Part shown: piece by piece, positions 1 through 10,907 of the stretch | Numbering within the stretch: the stretch's first letter is position 1 | How the letters are laid out: each line of letters begins with the position of its first letter | DNA from: an uncultured archaeon | GTDB lineage: Archaea; Thermoproteota; Bathyarchaeia; Bathyarchaeales; Bathycorpusculaceae | Assembly (NCBI GenBank): GCA_963782915.1 | Contig: CAWALK010000022.1 | Span: 224,001 to 288,000, forward strand | Reading direction: 5' to 3' | Length of the DNA stretch: 64,000 nucleotides | Made by a program: the position numbers and the translations under genes | The notes under the pieces: model-generated | Seen by the model: the letters and a program-made list of their open reading frames with translations, nothing else | Databases searched by the model: none | Told to the model about the DNA's origin: nothing

Positions 1-1
1 A

Positions 2-778
2 ATGGCTGTAGGCAACGACGCAGTATACATAGGCGCAACACAGCACACCATCACTACACCAATTCCAAAAGGCAACTATATGCGAGCAGTTAACGCAACA
101 ACAGGCGAAGAAATCTGGACAATCTCAGACTACACTGGCAACTTCTTCACCCTCTCCTTCGCTATGGCTGATGGTTACTGCACGTACTTCAATGGCTACG
201 ACAACCTAATCTACTCAGTAGGCAAAGGACCAACATCATTAACCGTCACAGCACCAGACCTATCTGCAGCATCAGGCCAACCAGTGGTAATACGTGGAAC
301 AGTCTATGATGTCTCAGCAGGTACAACACAAGATGAGCTAGTGGCACGCTTCGCAAACGGCGTTCCAGTCAGCTCTGACGCAAGCATGCCTGAATGGATG
401 GGTTACCTCTACCAAGACAAACCACTACCGACTAACTTCACAGGTGTTGAAGTAGCACTCAACGTGCTCGACTCTAATGGCAACTACCGCACAATCGGCG
501 CAACAACAACCGACGCTACAGGCGCATACAGCTACGTATGGCAACCAGACATTTCAGGTGAATACACAGTCGTTGCAACATTCGCAGGTACAGCTGGCTA
601 CTGGCCATCAACAGCTACAACAGCATTCAACGTCATGAACGCAGAAACAACAGTAACACCAACCCAGACACCAGTATCTATGTCTGATGCCTACTTTGTA
701 CCAGCAGTCATTGGCATTATCTTTGCAATCGTTATAGTCGGGGTCGCAATAGTATTCGTCCTAAAGAAACACCCATAA
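2..778 (+). CDS. C-terminal part of a large surface protein (PQQ-like beta-propeller plus Ig-like domain, C-terminal membrane anchor); 5'-truncated by the window edge
   Basis: Propeller-like segments (AVNATTGEEIW, DNLIYSVGKGP), Thr-rich Ig-like region, then DAYFVPA, a TM helix and a KKHP tail. Confidence 0.75.
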   Translation: MAVGNDAVYIGATQHTITTPIPKGNYMRAVNATTGEEIWTISDYTGNFFTLSFAMADGYCTYFNGYDNLIYSVGKGPTSLTVTAPDLSAASGQPVVIRGTVYDVSAGTTQDELVARFANGVPVSSDASMPEWMGYLYQDKPLPTNFTGVEVALNVLDSNGNYRTIGATTTDATGAYSYVWQPDISGEYTVVATFAGTAGYWPSTATTAFNVMNAETTVTPTQTPVSMSDAYFVPAVIGIIFAIVIVGVAIVFVLKKHP

Positions 779-1252
779 GGTGGAAGACTTGAAATCAAAT
801 CTTTCCCTCCCTTTTTTAGTTTCAACGGTAAGTCAACTGGGGCTGAGCAGGCTTCTGGACTGCTGTTTACGCGGTGTTTGCAATCATCGTGTTTTGCATT
901 TTTCTTACCTCCTTAAGGAATAAATGTCTAGACGCCTCAGCAAACCCAGCTAGCAACTTGCCTTATAGCTGGCGATAAAAAATGTTGTTTTAATAATTTG
1001 TATTAACAAACTGTACAAGCACCCCCTAGAGAGGATTACCTTTGGTTGCGTAGCAACATGCGCCCGCATCTACAACCAACAAAACCAACATAGAAGTGCA
1101 CAAAAATACCACCCACCCACAAACCAACAGCCAAACAGAAAAGCCCCAAACCCAAAACACAAACCCCACCACCCCAAACATGCAAACACCCATAACACAC
1201 AAAACAAAAAACACAGCCGTAAGTTTATTTTCTAGGTTGAAGCCTTCTTTGC

Positions 1253-1327
1253 TGAAGCCGATGATGCATGAAGAGCCGTCTGAATTGTGAAGAATAGTTT
1301 AATGGGGAATTATAAACTGAGGCTTCA
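1253..1327 (+). ncRNA. Putative box C/D methylation-guide sRNA
   Basis: 7-bp terminal stem TGAAGCC/GGCTTCA enclosing C-like ATGATGC (1261), 12-nt guide, D' CTGA (1280), C' GTGAAGA (1287) and D CTGA (1317); TATA-like TTTATTT about 25-30 nt upstream. Confidence 0.7.
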
Positions 1328-1431
1328 AGAAAATACACAGAAAGCCGCTTAAACTTCAGGCGTATAGCAGGCTTTACTTGTGTAATCTTTATTTAAAGCG
1401 ACAATAGAATGATAAGACTGGAGACCCCCCG

Positions 1432-2784
1432 ATGGCACTAGATAAACTAAGTTCCTCCCTAACTGACGCCATAAAGAAACTATTCAAAGCCGGCGTAGTC
1501 GATGAAGCAGCAGTGAAGGAACTAGTCCGCGACATCCAACGTGCACTACTTCAATCAGACGTTAACGTGCAGCTTGTTTTGCAAATCTCCAAGAGCATTG
1601 AAGAACGAGCCCTAAAAGAGAAGGTGCCTCCTGGCGTTTCCAGACGTGAACACGTCATCAAAGTTGTCTATGAAGAATTAACTAAATTCGTAGGCGACAA
1701 ACCAGTCGCACTTAAAGTTGAGCCGGGCAAAAAGAAAATCATTATGCTCGTAGGTATTCAGGGTTCAGGCAAAACCACCCATGCCGCTAAATTGGCAAGG
1801 TACTTCCAGAAACGCGGCTTAAAGGTCGGCTTAGTCGCCGCAGACACATACCGCCCAGGCGCATATGCCCAGCTTCAACAGTTAGCAACCAGAATCAACG
1901 TTCCAATTTACGGTGACGCCAAAGCCAAAGACCCAGTCAAAGTCGCAAGGGAAGGCTTAAAAGAATTTAACGACCGCGACTTAATCATCATTGACACTGC
2001 AGGCCGCCACAAAGAAGAAAAAGACCTCATTAAAGAAATGAAAGACCTCGAAAAACACCTGCACCCAGACGAAGTCATCATGGTTATCGACGGCACCATC
2101 GGCCAACAGGCGTTGCTTCAAGCAAAAACTTTCCATGAAGCCACCCCAATCGGCGCCATCATCGTCACTAAACTCGACGGTTCCTCACGTGGAGGAGGAG
2201 CCCTCTCAGCAGTAGCCGCAACAGGTGCCCCCATCAAATTCATCGGCACAGGAGAAAAAATCGAGGACATCGAATCATTCATACCCTCACGATTCGTCGG
2301 CCGCCTCTTAGGCATGGGCGACTTAGAAACACTGCTCGAAAAAGTTCATGAAGCCGAAATCAAGGTGCCTCCAAAGAAAGCTAAAGAGATACTCAGCGGC
2401 AACTTCACCCTAACAGACATGTACGAGCAATTCGCAGCAGTCAAAAACATGGGTCCATTCAGCAAAGTTATGAAGATGCTACCAGGTATGTCAGGCTCAA
2501 ACATCCCCGACGACATGCTAAACACTGCCGAAGGACGCCTTGACACCTGGCAAGTCATCATTCAATCCATGACGCCTGAAGAAAAAGAGAACCCTAAACT
2601 GCTAAACTCATGCCGTGCAAGACGCATCGCCCGCGGATCAGGAACCTCTGAGAAAGAAGTCAAAGAACTCCTCAAACAGTACCTCATGATGAAAAAGATG
2701 CTAAAAATGTTCAAACGCAAAAAGAAGCTGCCCTTCGGTTTAGGCGGCGGCAAAGGTATGCCCCCAATGGGTTTCGGACAGTAG
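1432..2784 (+). CDS. srp54: Signal recognition particle protein SRP54
   Basis: GIQGSGKTT, DTAGRH and TKLDG GTPase motifs; M domain (RARRIARGSG). Confidence 0.98.
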   Translation: MALDKLSSSLTDAIKKLFKAGVVDEAAVKELVRDIQRALLQSDVNVQLVLQISKSIEERALKEKVPPGVSRREHVIKVVYEELTKFVGDKPVALKVEPGKKKIIMLVGIQGSGKTTHAAKLARYFQKRGLKVGLVAADTYRPGAYAQLQQLATRINVPIYGDAKAKDPVKVAREGLKEFNDRDLIIIDTAGRHKEEKDLIKEMKDLEKHLHPDEVIMVIDGTIGQQALLQAKTFHEATPIGAIIVTKLDGSSRGGGALSAVAATGAPIKFIGTGEKIEDIESFIPSRFVGRLLGMGDLETLLEKVHEAEIKVPPKKAKEILSGNFTLTDMYEQFAAVKNMGPFSKVMKMLPGMSGSNIPDDMLNTAEGRLDTWQVIIQSMTPEEKENPKLLNSCRARRIARGSGTSEKEVKELLKQYLMMKKMLKMFKRKKKLPFGLGGGKGMPPMGFGQ

Positions 2785-2794
2785 GTTAAACTTC

Positions 2795-4127
2795 ATGGAT
2801 GTACTAGAGAAAGCTTACGAGTTAATTAGTAAATACCCGCTTTGTGACCACTGCCTCGGCAGACAATTCGCCCTATTAGGCTATGCCATGGAAAATAACG
2901 TGCGTGGCCAAGCTCTCAAAGTCAGCTTAACACTGCAAGCCAACGACTTAGCAACCGACGAGAAAGATACCGAGGGTATTAAGCAACTAAAAGTTTTAGC
3001 TACTAACGGTTTTTCAGCGACTGCACAGGAAACACTCAAACACCTAAAAAAGCGTGCTATCTAAAGAGGAAACAGAAGTAAAATGCCATCTCTGTGAAGG
3101 CAAATTCGAGTTAATCAACAGCATAGTAGCGAAATCGCAGGCTGCCCTTGAAGGCTATGAATATTCAACTTTTCTAGTCGGCATCGAATTGCCCATATCG
3201 GTTGAGGAGCGGGAAGACGAATTCAAAGCATCCCAAAACATCCAACACGGCGAAAGCATCCGCCACGAATTCGGCAGAGTCTTCGGCAAAGCCATAGCCA
3301 AAGCCACCGCTAAAGAAGCAGAATACCTCAAACCCGACGTCGTCATAGTAATCGACCCCTTCCAAGAAACAATTCGACTCCAAATTAACCCATTATTCGT
3401 CGGCGGCAGATACCGCAAACTAGTCCGTGATTTACCCCAATCAGAATGGTTCTGCTCATGCCGCGGTAGAGGCTGCAATAAATGTGGAGGAACAGGTAAA
3501 CTCTACCCTGATAGCGTTGAAGCTCACACATCAAAACCTCTTCTAGAAGCCAGTGGCGGTTCAGAATCGTTTTTCCATGCTTCGGGCAGAGAAGATATAG
3601 ATGCCCGTATGCTAGGTACAGGCAGACCCTTCGTAGTTGAAGCCTCCAATCCCAAGAAACGCTCTGTAGACTTAAAGCAAATCGAGGAAGCAATTAACGC
3701 TGGCGGCGTAGGTAAGGTCGAGGTTTCAGAACTCCATTTTGCCTCCAAAGATGACGTACGGCACCTCAAGAAAGGCGAAAACTCCCAGAAAGAGTACCGT
3801 TTGCTAGCTGAGTTTGAGAAAGACCTCACCGACGAAGGCTTGCGATTGGTAGAAGAAAAACTCACTGGTGCAATGATTAAGCAGCAGACTCCATTGCGGG
3901 TTGTGCATCGCCGCGCAGACATTGTCCGAGAAAGGTACATATATAAGCTCGAAGTTAAGAAGGTGACGCTTAAGAAAGCTCTGCTCTATATTAGATGTCA
4001 GGGTGGGCTTTACGTTAAAGAATTGGTGTCTGGAGATGAAGGACGTACAGTACCCAATGTGTCGGCTTTGCTCGATAACCCAGCGAAGACGCTTAAGCTT
4101 GACGTTCTCAATGTAATAATGGAATAA
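2795..4127 (+). CDS. pus10: tRNA pseudouridine(54/55) synthase Pus10 (frameshift near 3055)
   Basis: LCDHCLGRQF N-terminus; FHASGREDIDARMLGTGRPF; GGLYVKEL; two overlapping ORFs. Confidence 0.95.
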
Positions 4128-4141
4128 AAGGTGAAATTTAA

Positions 4142-4438
4142 ATGAGAGGTTCAAAAGGCTACTACACAGGCACTCGCAGTCTCTTGCGCAAGCCAGTTCG
4201 TGAAAAAGGAAAACCAAAAATCAGCAAGATACTTCACGAATACATAATTGGTAACCAAGTCATTATAAAGATGGATTCTAGCGTACAGAAGAGTATGCCT
4301 CACAAACGTTTCCATGGCAAAATCGGTTTAATCATCGAGAAACGCGGCAGAGGATACGTCGTTAGTGTTCCACAAGGCGACGCTACAAAAACCATAATTG
4401 TCCGAACAGAACATCTAGAACCTTACACAGGAACTTAG
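4142..4438 (+). CDS. rpl21e: 50S ribosomal protein L21e
   Basis: MPHKRFHGKIG motif; conserved position after pus10. Confidence 0.96.
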   Translation: MRGSKGYYTGTRSLLRKPVREKGKPKISKILHEYIIGNQVIIKMDSSVQKSMPHKRFHGKIGLIIEKRGRGYVVSVPQGDATKTIIVRTEHLEPYTGT

Positions 4439-4449
4439 GTGGCTACAAG

Positions 4450-4788
4450 ATGAGCAAGAGAGAAGTAAGCGAAAGCCGCCTAACATTGCCACAAGTCAAA
4501 AAAGTACTGGAAACCATCGGCGAAGAAAACCTTGACCAATTCCAACGCCGCACACTTGACTACGCAAGCAAATTCTCTAAAGTTGCTCCAGAAAAAGCTG
4601 AAGAACTCTTGCAAACACTTGTCAAAGAATACGAACTCGAAGAAGCAGAAGCCGTTCAAATAATCAACTGCTGCCCAGAAACCGTAGATGAACTACGCGT
4701 CTTTCTTGCGGGCGGCAAAAAGATTATTGAAACCCAAAAACTCAGCCAAATCGTCGAACTTTTGAACGAGAACAGACTGCTCAAATAG
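4450..4788 (+). CDS. rpoF: RNA polymerase subunit Rpo4 (RpoF)
   Basis: AVQIINCCPETVDELR HRDC-like motif; rpl21e-rpoF-DUF655 synteny. Confidence 0.92.
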   Translation: MSKREVSESRLTLPQVKKVLETIGEENLDQFQRRTLDYASKFSKVAPEKAEELLQTLVKEYELEEAEAVQIINCCPETVDELRVFLAGGKKIIETQKLSQIVELLNENRLLK

Positions 4789-4846
4789 CCCTAAGTGGCT
4801 AAGTTTTTTTAAGCAGTAAGCGAGAATACACTAGAGGACACAAGAG

Positions 4847-5422
4847 TTGGCAGTTATGGAAAAACGGTATGAAGAGAACGCTTACGTACTAGACTTTCTT
4901 TCGCATGGCAAACCAGGGTTCCGTCCAACTGGACGCGCAGGATACCGCGCAGGCGCCTTGATTCAATGCGTCGGAGAAGAATTCTTCACAATACTTGAGG
5001 CTCTAGTAAGAGAAGAGTTAGTGCTCAAACCAGGCGACCGCGTCTACGTCGGCAAAGACAGCCGCTCAGAAGTAACCTATATCATCGGCCGCATTGGCTT
5101 TGAAGAACTTACTGCATCAGCAAAATCTGAGCTTCCGAGCGTAATTGGCAAGATTGTTGAGGTCCGCGAGAAATGGTTCGTTAACTTCTTCAACACTGCA
5201 CGTGCCATAACTCCACGTATGCATGCTCTCGAGCTTGTGCCTGGCATAGGCAAAAAGTACATGTGGCAAGTCATCAACGAACGCCAACGCAAACCTTTTG
5301 AGAGCTTTGCGGATTTGCAGAAGCGTACAGAATTGCCTAACCCCGTTAAATTGATCACCAAGCGTGTCATGGAAGAGCTTGAGGGCGACAGCAAATATCG
5401 ACTGTTCACTAGGGCACAGTAA
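4847..5422 (+). CDS. DUF655 family putative RNA-binding protein
   Basis: YVLDFL, RMHALELVPGIGKK helix-hairpin-helix motif; synteny. Confidence 0.92.
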   Translation: MAVMEKRYEENAYVLDFLSHGKPGFRPTGRAGYRAGALIQCVGEEFFTILEALVREELVLKPGDRVYVGKDSRSEVTYIIGRIGFEELTASAKSELPSVIGKIVEVREKWFVNFFNTARAITPRMHALELVPGIGKKYMWQVINERQRKPFESFADLQKRTELPNPVKLITKRVMEELEGDSKYRLFTRAQ

Positions 5423-5431
5423 GGATACGCG

Positions 5432-6250
5432 ATGAGTCTAGAGCAAATTCAGCAGCTGCTTTTTACTCATCATATCAGCCCAAACAAGCTGCTGGGCCAA
5501 AATTTTATGGTTGAACCAGCATTCTATTCTAAACTCTGCAGCTACGCTGACTTGCGTGGTTCGGATGTTGTTTTGGATGCTGGCGCAGGCTTCGGTTTGC
5601 TAACCCGTTTTCTCTCTGACAAATGCAAGGGCGTGGTTGCGGTCGAGAAAGACCCGCAACTAGCCGCTGTTCTGCATGAAGAATTCAAAGACACAACCAA
5701 TGTCACTGTTGTTGAGGGCGACGTTTTGAAGGCGCAGTTGCCACCGTTCAATAAAGCAATTTCTGCGCCACCATACTATCTATCCTCTCAACTAGTATTA
5801 TGGCTGCTTGAACGAAGGGTAGATTGTGCTGTTTTGATTGTGCAAAAAGAATTCGCACAGCGCCTTATCGCGCCTGTTGGCAGCGAAGAATATGGTTGGT
5901 TAACGGTGGTCGTGGGGCAGCAGGCAGAAGTCAAGCTTTTGGATGATGTGCCCAAAGATATGTTCTATCCGCAGCCCGAAGTTGACTCAGTAATCCTCAG
6001 CCTGAAACCATGGGTGACTAAACCCTTTGAAGTTAAGGATGAAGCGATGTTTGTTCGGTTAGCTAAGTGGCTATTTACCCAGCGCAACAAAAAACTCGCC
6101 AAAGCACTCGCACCCTTCATACGCGACAACTTTAAACTAAGCAAACAAGACGCAGCACAAATTGCGGCCACCCTGCCATTCCATGACAAACGCCCCCGAG
6201 AATTGTCACCGAAAGATTTTGGAGCAATCGCAAATGCCTTACCCAACTAA
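5432..6250 (+). CDS. rsmA: 16S rRNA adenine dimethyltransferase RsmA/KsgA
   Basis: LGQNF, DAGAGFG, SAPPYY, QKEFA, FTQRNK. Confidence 0.95.
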   Translation: MSLEQIQQLLFTHHISPNKLLGQNFMVEPAFYSKLCSYADLRGSDVVLDAGAGFGLLTRFLSDKCKGVVAVEKDPQLAAVLHEEFKDTTNVTVVEGDVLKAQLPPFNKAISAPPYYLSSQLVLWLLERRVDCAVLIVQKEFAQRLIAPVGSEEYGWLTVVVGQQAEVKLLDDVPKDMFYPQPEVDSVILSLKPWVTKPFEVKDEAMFVRLAKWLFTQRNKKLAKALAPFIRDNFKLSKQDAAQIAATLPFHDKRPRELSPKDFGAIANALPN

Positions 6251-6855
6251 ACGCATCCACTTCGGCGACTTCTCGTTTGATGTTAACGATGATGTGTATG
6301 AGCCTGCGGAGGATTCTTTTTTGTTCGCGGAAAACCTCAATGTAGCCTCGGGCGAGTTGGTGCTGGATTTAGGGACTGGCTCTGGCATTTTAGCTAATGT
6401 GGCTGCTAAGAATGCTGGGGGTGTGGTTGCGGTTGATTTGAATCCTTTTGCTGTCCGTTGTGCCAAAGATAACGCTAAACTAAACGGTGTGCGGGATAGA
6501 ATTGATTTTATCCAGGGCGACCTATTCAGCGCTTTCTGTGATGGCTTGCGGTTTGATTTGGTGCTTGTTTAATGCGCCGTATTTGCCCTCTGAAGCGGGC
6601 GAGGAAGCGACGTGGATTGGCAAAGCTTGGGCTGGCGGCTCTAACGGTAGATTGGTAGTTGATAAGTTCATTGCTGAGGTTCCCGCTTACCTTACGCCTC
6701 ATGGCCGGGTTCTGCTTATGCAGTCAACACTTACAGGCGTGGAAGAAACCATCCAAATGTTCACCAAACAAAACCTCAAAGCCTCCGTCATCGCAGAGCA
6801 GAAACTACCATTCTTTGAAACCCTAACCCTAATCGAAGCCAAAACCGCCGCTTAA
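6234..6855 (+). CDS. HemK2/N6AMT1-like methyltransferase (frameshift near 6570)
   Basis: VYEPAEDSFL, DLGTGSG, FNAPYLP, WAGG..GR across two frames. Confidence 0.9.
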
Positions 6856-6903
6856 AAGAAACATATAAGGGCATAAACGGCTAGATTAGTATTGGCGTTT
6901 TTT

Positions 6904-7362
6904 ATGACACTCTGGTTCTACGTTAAAACTATTGAGGATCCTAAATTAGTCGGCGAAACTGTTTGCGCCGCCAATTCTATACAGGGTCAGCATCCGGGCG
7001 ATCAGTATTCGTGGGTTATGCAGGTTGGCCGTGATGAGCCGGGCTACTGGGAAATCCGCGGGAAATATGCTGGGTTAAAAGACCTCACTGAGGTAGCTAT
7101 TGTTTACCGCATCGGCGACACTGTTGTGCTCTCGGAGATTGATGATGCGTTGGCTCCGAATTTTGCTGATCCCTTGATTACGAAGTATGGGTTTGATAAT
7201 GTTAAGTGGATTTCTGTGTTAACGCCTAGTATAGTTGGGCTGCTTTACGGTTTACTTTGTGGTGTAATCGAGGGGTTAATTGTTGTTACTGTAAGGGCAC
7301 AGTCACTAGCTTTCATAAATTACTACGTAAATATAGCAAGCAAGGACAAGGAGTTTCTATAA
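6904..7362 (+). CDS. Hypothetical protein (true 3' end may be near 7230)
   Basis: ORF with its own TATA-like element upstream; no recognisable motif. Confidence 0.55.
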   Translation: MTLWFYVKTIEDPKLVGETVCAANSIQGQHPGDQYSWVMQVGRDEPGYWEIRGKYAGLKDLTEVAIVYRIGDTVVLSEIDDALAPNFADPLITKYGFDNVKWISVLTPSIVGLLYGLLCGVIEGLIVVTVRAQSLAFINYYVNIASKDKEFL

Positions 7363-7363
7363 G

Positions 7364-8158
7364 ATGGTAAACAAAATAAAACCCTCAGTTTTTGCTCTAT
7401 TTTTTGTTCTAGTTTTAACTGCTGCAATTAGCTTTGCAGCGGTAAATGCACAAAGCACCGCAACCGTCACAGTAATCGACCAGACAGGTGGCACAACCGA
7501 CATCACAGGAACCACAACTTATCCAGATGGAACATCAGTAACAATAACAGCTACACCCGACTGCAGCCTATGTTTTCTCAAAATTGGGTAATCTCACCAA
7601 GCGACCAATCAGGCGATCAGCATAATAACTGATAATCCACTGACCTTCACCGTTTCAGGCGGAATAACCTACACCATCACACCAGTATTTGCACAACCAC
7701 AAGCATTCCCAGGACGTACCTTGCCAACTGACCTGACACAAGCAGCCATCATAATCATCTATCCATCAGCAGGAGGAACCACAAATCCAGCGCCAGGAAC
7801 ATATGCAATGGCAGATGCAACCTCATTTAACCTCCAAGCCACAGCACAAAGCGGCTGGCAATTCTCACACTGGACAATCTGCGGAACAAACACCAGCCAC
7901 GGCAGCGCACCAGTCAACTGGACCCCAACAGACAACCCATACAACGTCAACCACGGATACGGAGACACATACCGCTACCAAGCAGTCTTTACCCCAATAG
8001 GCAGCACTGAACCAACACCGGCACCCACTGCAACACCAGTTTCAGGCGGAACAATCGGCGGCATGAGTACCGAGACATTGATTATCATTGGCTTAGTTGT
8101 CGTAATCGTTGTTATACTGATAGCGTTCGGGGTATTCGCAAGTAGACGCAGAAAATAA
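7364..8158 (+). CDS. Secreted/membrane-anchored protein with InlB B-repeat-like beta domains (frameshifted)
   Basis: Signal peptide; GGTTNPAPGTY..ATAQSGWQFSHW; Pro/Thr linker; C-terminal TM plus RRRK. Confidence 0.7.
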
Positions 8159-8393
8159 AGAATTAAGAGACCGTCAAACCGCAAGTACCAGAAATTGGTA
8201 AACAAACTTATTCTTTCTTTTTCTTTCATTTTAGAATGGTTATTGGAATTTCCTACTTTTTGTCCTCGCTGGCCGATGTCGATGAGGAAGAGGGTTGCTC
8301 AAAATCAGCTATGAAATTTATTTGCTTGTGTGTGAGATTCCTATCCATCGTTGTTTACGCTAAAGTAAAAATTGAGATCGAGTGACCTCCTTT

Positions 8394-8416
8394 GCAGATA
8401 CCTCCCCTCCCTTATA
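8394..8416 (-). repeat. G-rich dispersed intergenic motif (TATAAGGGAGGGGAGGTA family)
   Basis: Reverse complement TATAAGGGAGGGGAGGTATCTGC closely matches 20779-20806. Confidence 0.6.
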
Positions 8417-8522
8417 GTAGTAGATTAAAATCTTCGCTGTTCTGGTTGGGGTTTATTGCACAATCAACTTGCAACGCAAACCCGACGCTGAAGCTGGAAA
8501 GTAATCGCTATCATACTTCTTT

Positions 8523-8561
8523 GGTTGTTGTTGACACTAAGAGGGGTCCATAGCAACAACC
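8523..8561 (+). repeat. REP-like hairpin repeat, copy 1
   Basis: GGTTGTTGTTGACACTAAGAGGGGTCCATAGCAACAACC; similar copies at 21147 and 35962. Confidence 0.65.
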
Positions 8562-8872
8562 AGTATAGAAAAAATAAACAAACCGCAAATTTGAATTAAT
8601 GACATAAAGCACCGATTTTTTTAGTTGTCAGACTCTCTAAGCATGGCAAGCAATGCTACCATATCTCTTTGGCAGTTGTTGACATAAGTTGTTGATAGTA
8701 TCAACCCGCTTAGAGAAACATAGACAAAGCGAAATTTGAACCAATGACACAAACACCATTTTTTTACTTGTCAATAACGGCAGAAAACGCTAAATGGTGT
8801 TCCAAAGCGGATGTATTAGTAATAGAAATGAAAGCGGTTGACTGCCTTGAAGCAATCAAAAAATCTAACAAG

Positions 8873-9403
8873 TTATTGCTTGTCGTATTTCATGACTTCA
8901 TTATTCATTATAGTAAGCTCAATGCCCGCTTGCTTGAACATCTCAATCGTATCCACGTCAGCATGGTAACGTTTCTCGCAGACCACCCGTTTAATGCCAG
9001 CGTTAATTATCATCATAGCGCATGTGCGGCATGGCGTCATCTTACAGAATAATGTTGCACCCTCAAGCGGAATCCCAAATCTCGCCGCCTGAAGAATCGC
9101 GTTCTGCTCCGCATGCAAAGTCCGCACACAATGCTGGCTAATTTCGCCGTTACCGTTGGTTACTTGGCGAATATCATGTCCCGCTTCGTCACAATGGGGC
9201 AACCCAGCCGGGGAACCCACATAGCCCGTGGTCATGATGCGTTTGTCTTTCACGATGACTGCGCCGCATTTTCCTCGGTCACAGGTTGCACGTGCAGCTA
9301 CAGCTTCACACATGTCCAAGAAGTATCGGTCCCAGTTGGGTCTTTGTTTGTTATTGTTAGTTGCCATTCGGATGCCTCGATGAATTAGAAAACAGTTTGC
9401 CAA
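8873..9403 (-). CDS. dCMP deaminase / cytidine-deoxycytidylate deaminase family protein
   Basis: HAEQNAI and TPCRTC zinc-binding motifs. Confidence 0.93.
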   Translation of the reverse strand: MANCFLIHRGIRMATNNNKQRPNWDRYFLDMCEAVAARATCDRGKCGAVIVKDKRIMTTGYVGSPAGLPHCDEAGHDIRQVTNGNGEISQHCVRTLHAEQNAILQAARFGIPLEGATLFCKMTPCRTCAMMIINAGIKRVVCEKRYHADVDTIEMFKQAGIELTIMNNEVMKYDKQ

Positions 9404-9435
9404 ACCGATTAATAAATTGTATCGGCTAGGCGCCG

Positions 9436-10734
9436 CTACTTTTGGAGTATGTGGATTTCTCTGCCGATTTTGTGTCGTTCATCCATCTCGACTAATGACG
9501 GTGCTCCCATGAGGCGTCCATGTTCTGGCGCATCTTGGTTGAACATGTCGTCGGTGAAGACGTAGACTCGTTTGAATCCGACTTCCTTGAGTTTTTCTTC
9601 GATTGGCATTGTTACGGCGTCTCGTGAGCGGGTGCGTATGTAGGGTGTCACCAGTACTAATCTGCCGTTGGGGCGTAGTACTTGGTAGGCTTCTTCGATG
9701 AAGCCGAAGAATAGTGGTTCAAGTTTGGTGATGATTTTCTGTGCGTATGGGCCAGTGGGTGTTTCTCTTAATGCGGGGCCTAAGTCTGGTTCGGATACCA
9801 TGCAATCGACGCTTTCAAGTCCAACTTTCTCAGCTAACTTGCTAACGTCGCCCTGCAAAACACGGAAATCGGCGCCTGAAAGATTGTATTCCTGCGCTAC
9901 CCAATCAAGATTTTCAGTGGCTGCTTTAACACACCATGGATTAACATCTACTCCTACAACCATTGCGTGTTCTAGGAGGGCTTCTTGGAGGATTGTGCCG
10001 ACGCCGCAGAATGAATCCAGCAGGGTCTTTTCGGATGTGCATGCGGAGAGGTTAACCATCATTCTTGCAAGGCGTGGTGGCATGCCAAAGATGGCGCGTT
10101 GATTGGGTTTGTAAATGTCTCGTTTTTGGAATTCAAACGGATTATGTACTGCTATTGTGATGCCGATCCAAGTTTCTGTTTTGCCCACGCATAGAAGTAC
10201 TTCAGCTTGGTTTTCAACTAACTCTTTCTTTAGGACTTCTACGTGGCTTAGTTGGGCTTCGCTTCTATCCATTCCCATGCCCATGAAGCTGGATTTTTTG
10301 CCAACCGCAGATAGTTCTTCTTTGATGGCGCTGCCGATGTAGCGTTGTATGCCTCCTCCGACCGTTTTTATGGAGTTGTCAGAGGTGTAGACGCTTATGC
10401 CAAAAAGCAGCTTATCCGTAGCTTTTGCCATGCCTTGTAATGCGCCGCTTGAAGTTAGGGCTTCTATTACTTGTTTTTGGGCTGGCTTCTTTTTCTTCAG
10501 GAAGGCTTCTTTTACTGTTTCTGTGGATACTTTGGTTTTTAATTCGGCGATTTTTATGGTTCCGCCCAAATCGTCGATTACTGCTGAGGTTAGGTCTTTT
10601 TCGAATGTTAGGGTGAAGAATTCGGTTGAGAAATAATCGATTTTAAAGTCTATAGCTCTTGCTTTGAAGTATGATGTGAGCTCCGCTAGTGAGAGCATCC
10701 AGTTTTTGCCGGAAACAAACAGATAGGTTTTCAT
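9436..10734 (-). CDS. SAM-dependent RNA methyltransferase, Trm11/TrmG10-like
   Basis: MPPRLARMMVNL, LDSFCGVGTIL, VSEPDLG. Confidence 0.82.
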   Translation of the reverse strand: MKTYLFVSGKNWMLSLAELTSYFKARAIDFKIDYFSTEFFTLTFEKDLTSAVIDDLGGTIKIAELKTKVSTETVKEAFLKKKKPAQKQVIEALTSSGALQGMAKATDKLLFGISVYTSDNSIKTVGGGIQRYIGSAIKEELSAVGKKSSFMGMGMDRSEAQLSHVEVLKKELVENQAEVLLCVGKTETWIGITIAVHNPFEFQKRDIYKPNQRAIFGMPPRLARMMVNLSACTSEKTLLDSFCGVGTILQEALLEHAMVVGVDVNPWCVKAATENLDWVAQEYNLSGADFRVLQGDVSKLAEKVGLESVDCMVSEPDLGPALRETPTGPYAQKIITKLEPLFFGFIEEAYQVLRPNGRLVLVTPYIRTRSRDAVTMPIEEKLKEVGFKRVYVFTDDMFNQDAPEHGRLMGAPSLVEMDERHKIGREIHILQK

Positions 10735-10907
10735 TTGCGGAATCAAAAGTAAACTACCTATATAAGTAGATGAGCGGCAAATGCTACATTTAACCACTTT
10801 AAGTAAATAGTTAGAAACCTAGAAACGCACGGTAGCATCATCGAATATTTACAAATCGTTTAAATATAGCTGAACGTGAGAGTATGCTACCGAAAAAGTG
10901 ACGTCGC

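Noticed and set aside
1026-1290. Short ORFs in C/A-skewed low-complexity spacers (also 21055-21369, 25935-26159, 35964-36188, 40411-40735)
   Set aside because: Their compositions (T/N/P/Q-rich or V/G/F/W-rich) mirror nucleotide skew; there are no motifs, so they are probably non-coding.
10780-10850. Second possible C/D sRNA (ATGATGC on the minus strand)
   Set aside because: No CTGA D' or D boxes and no terminal stem.
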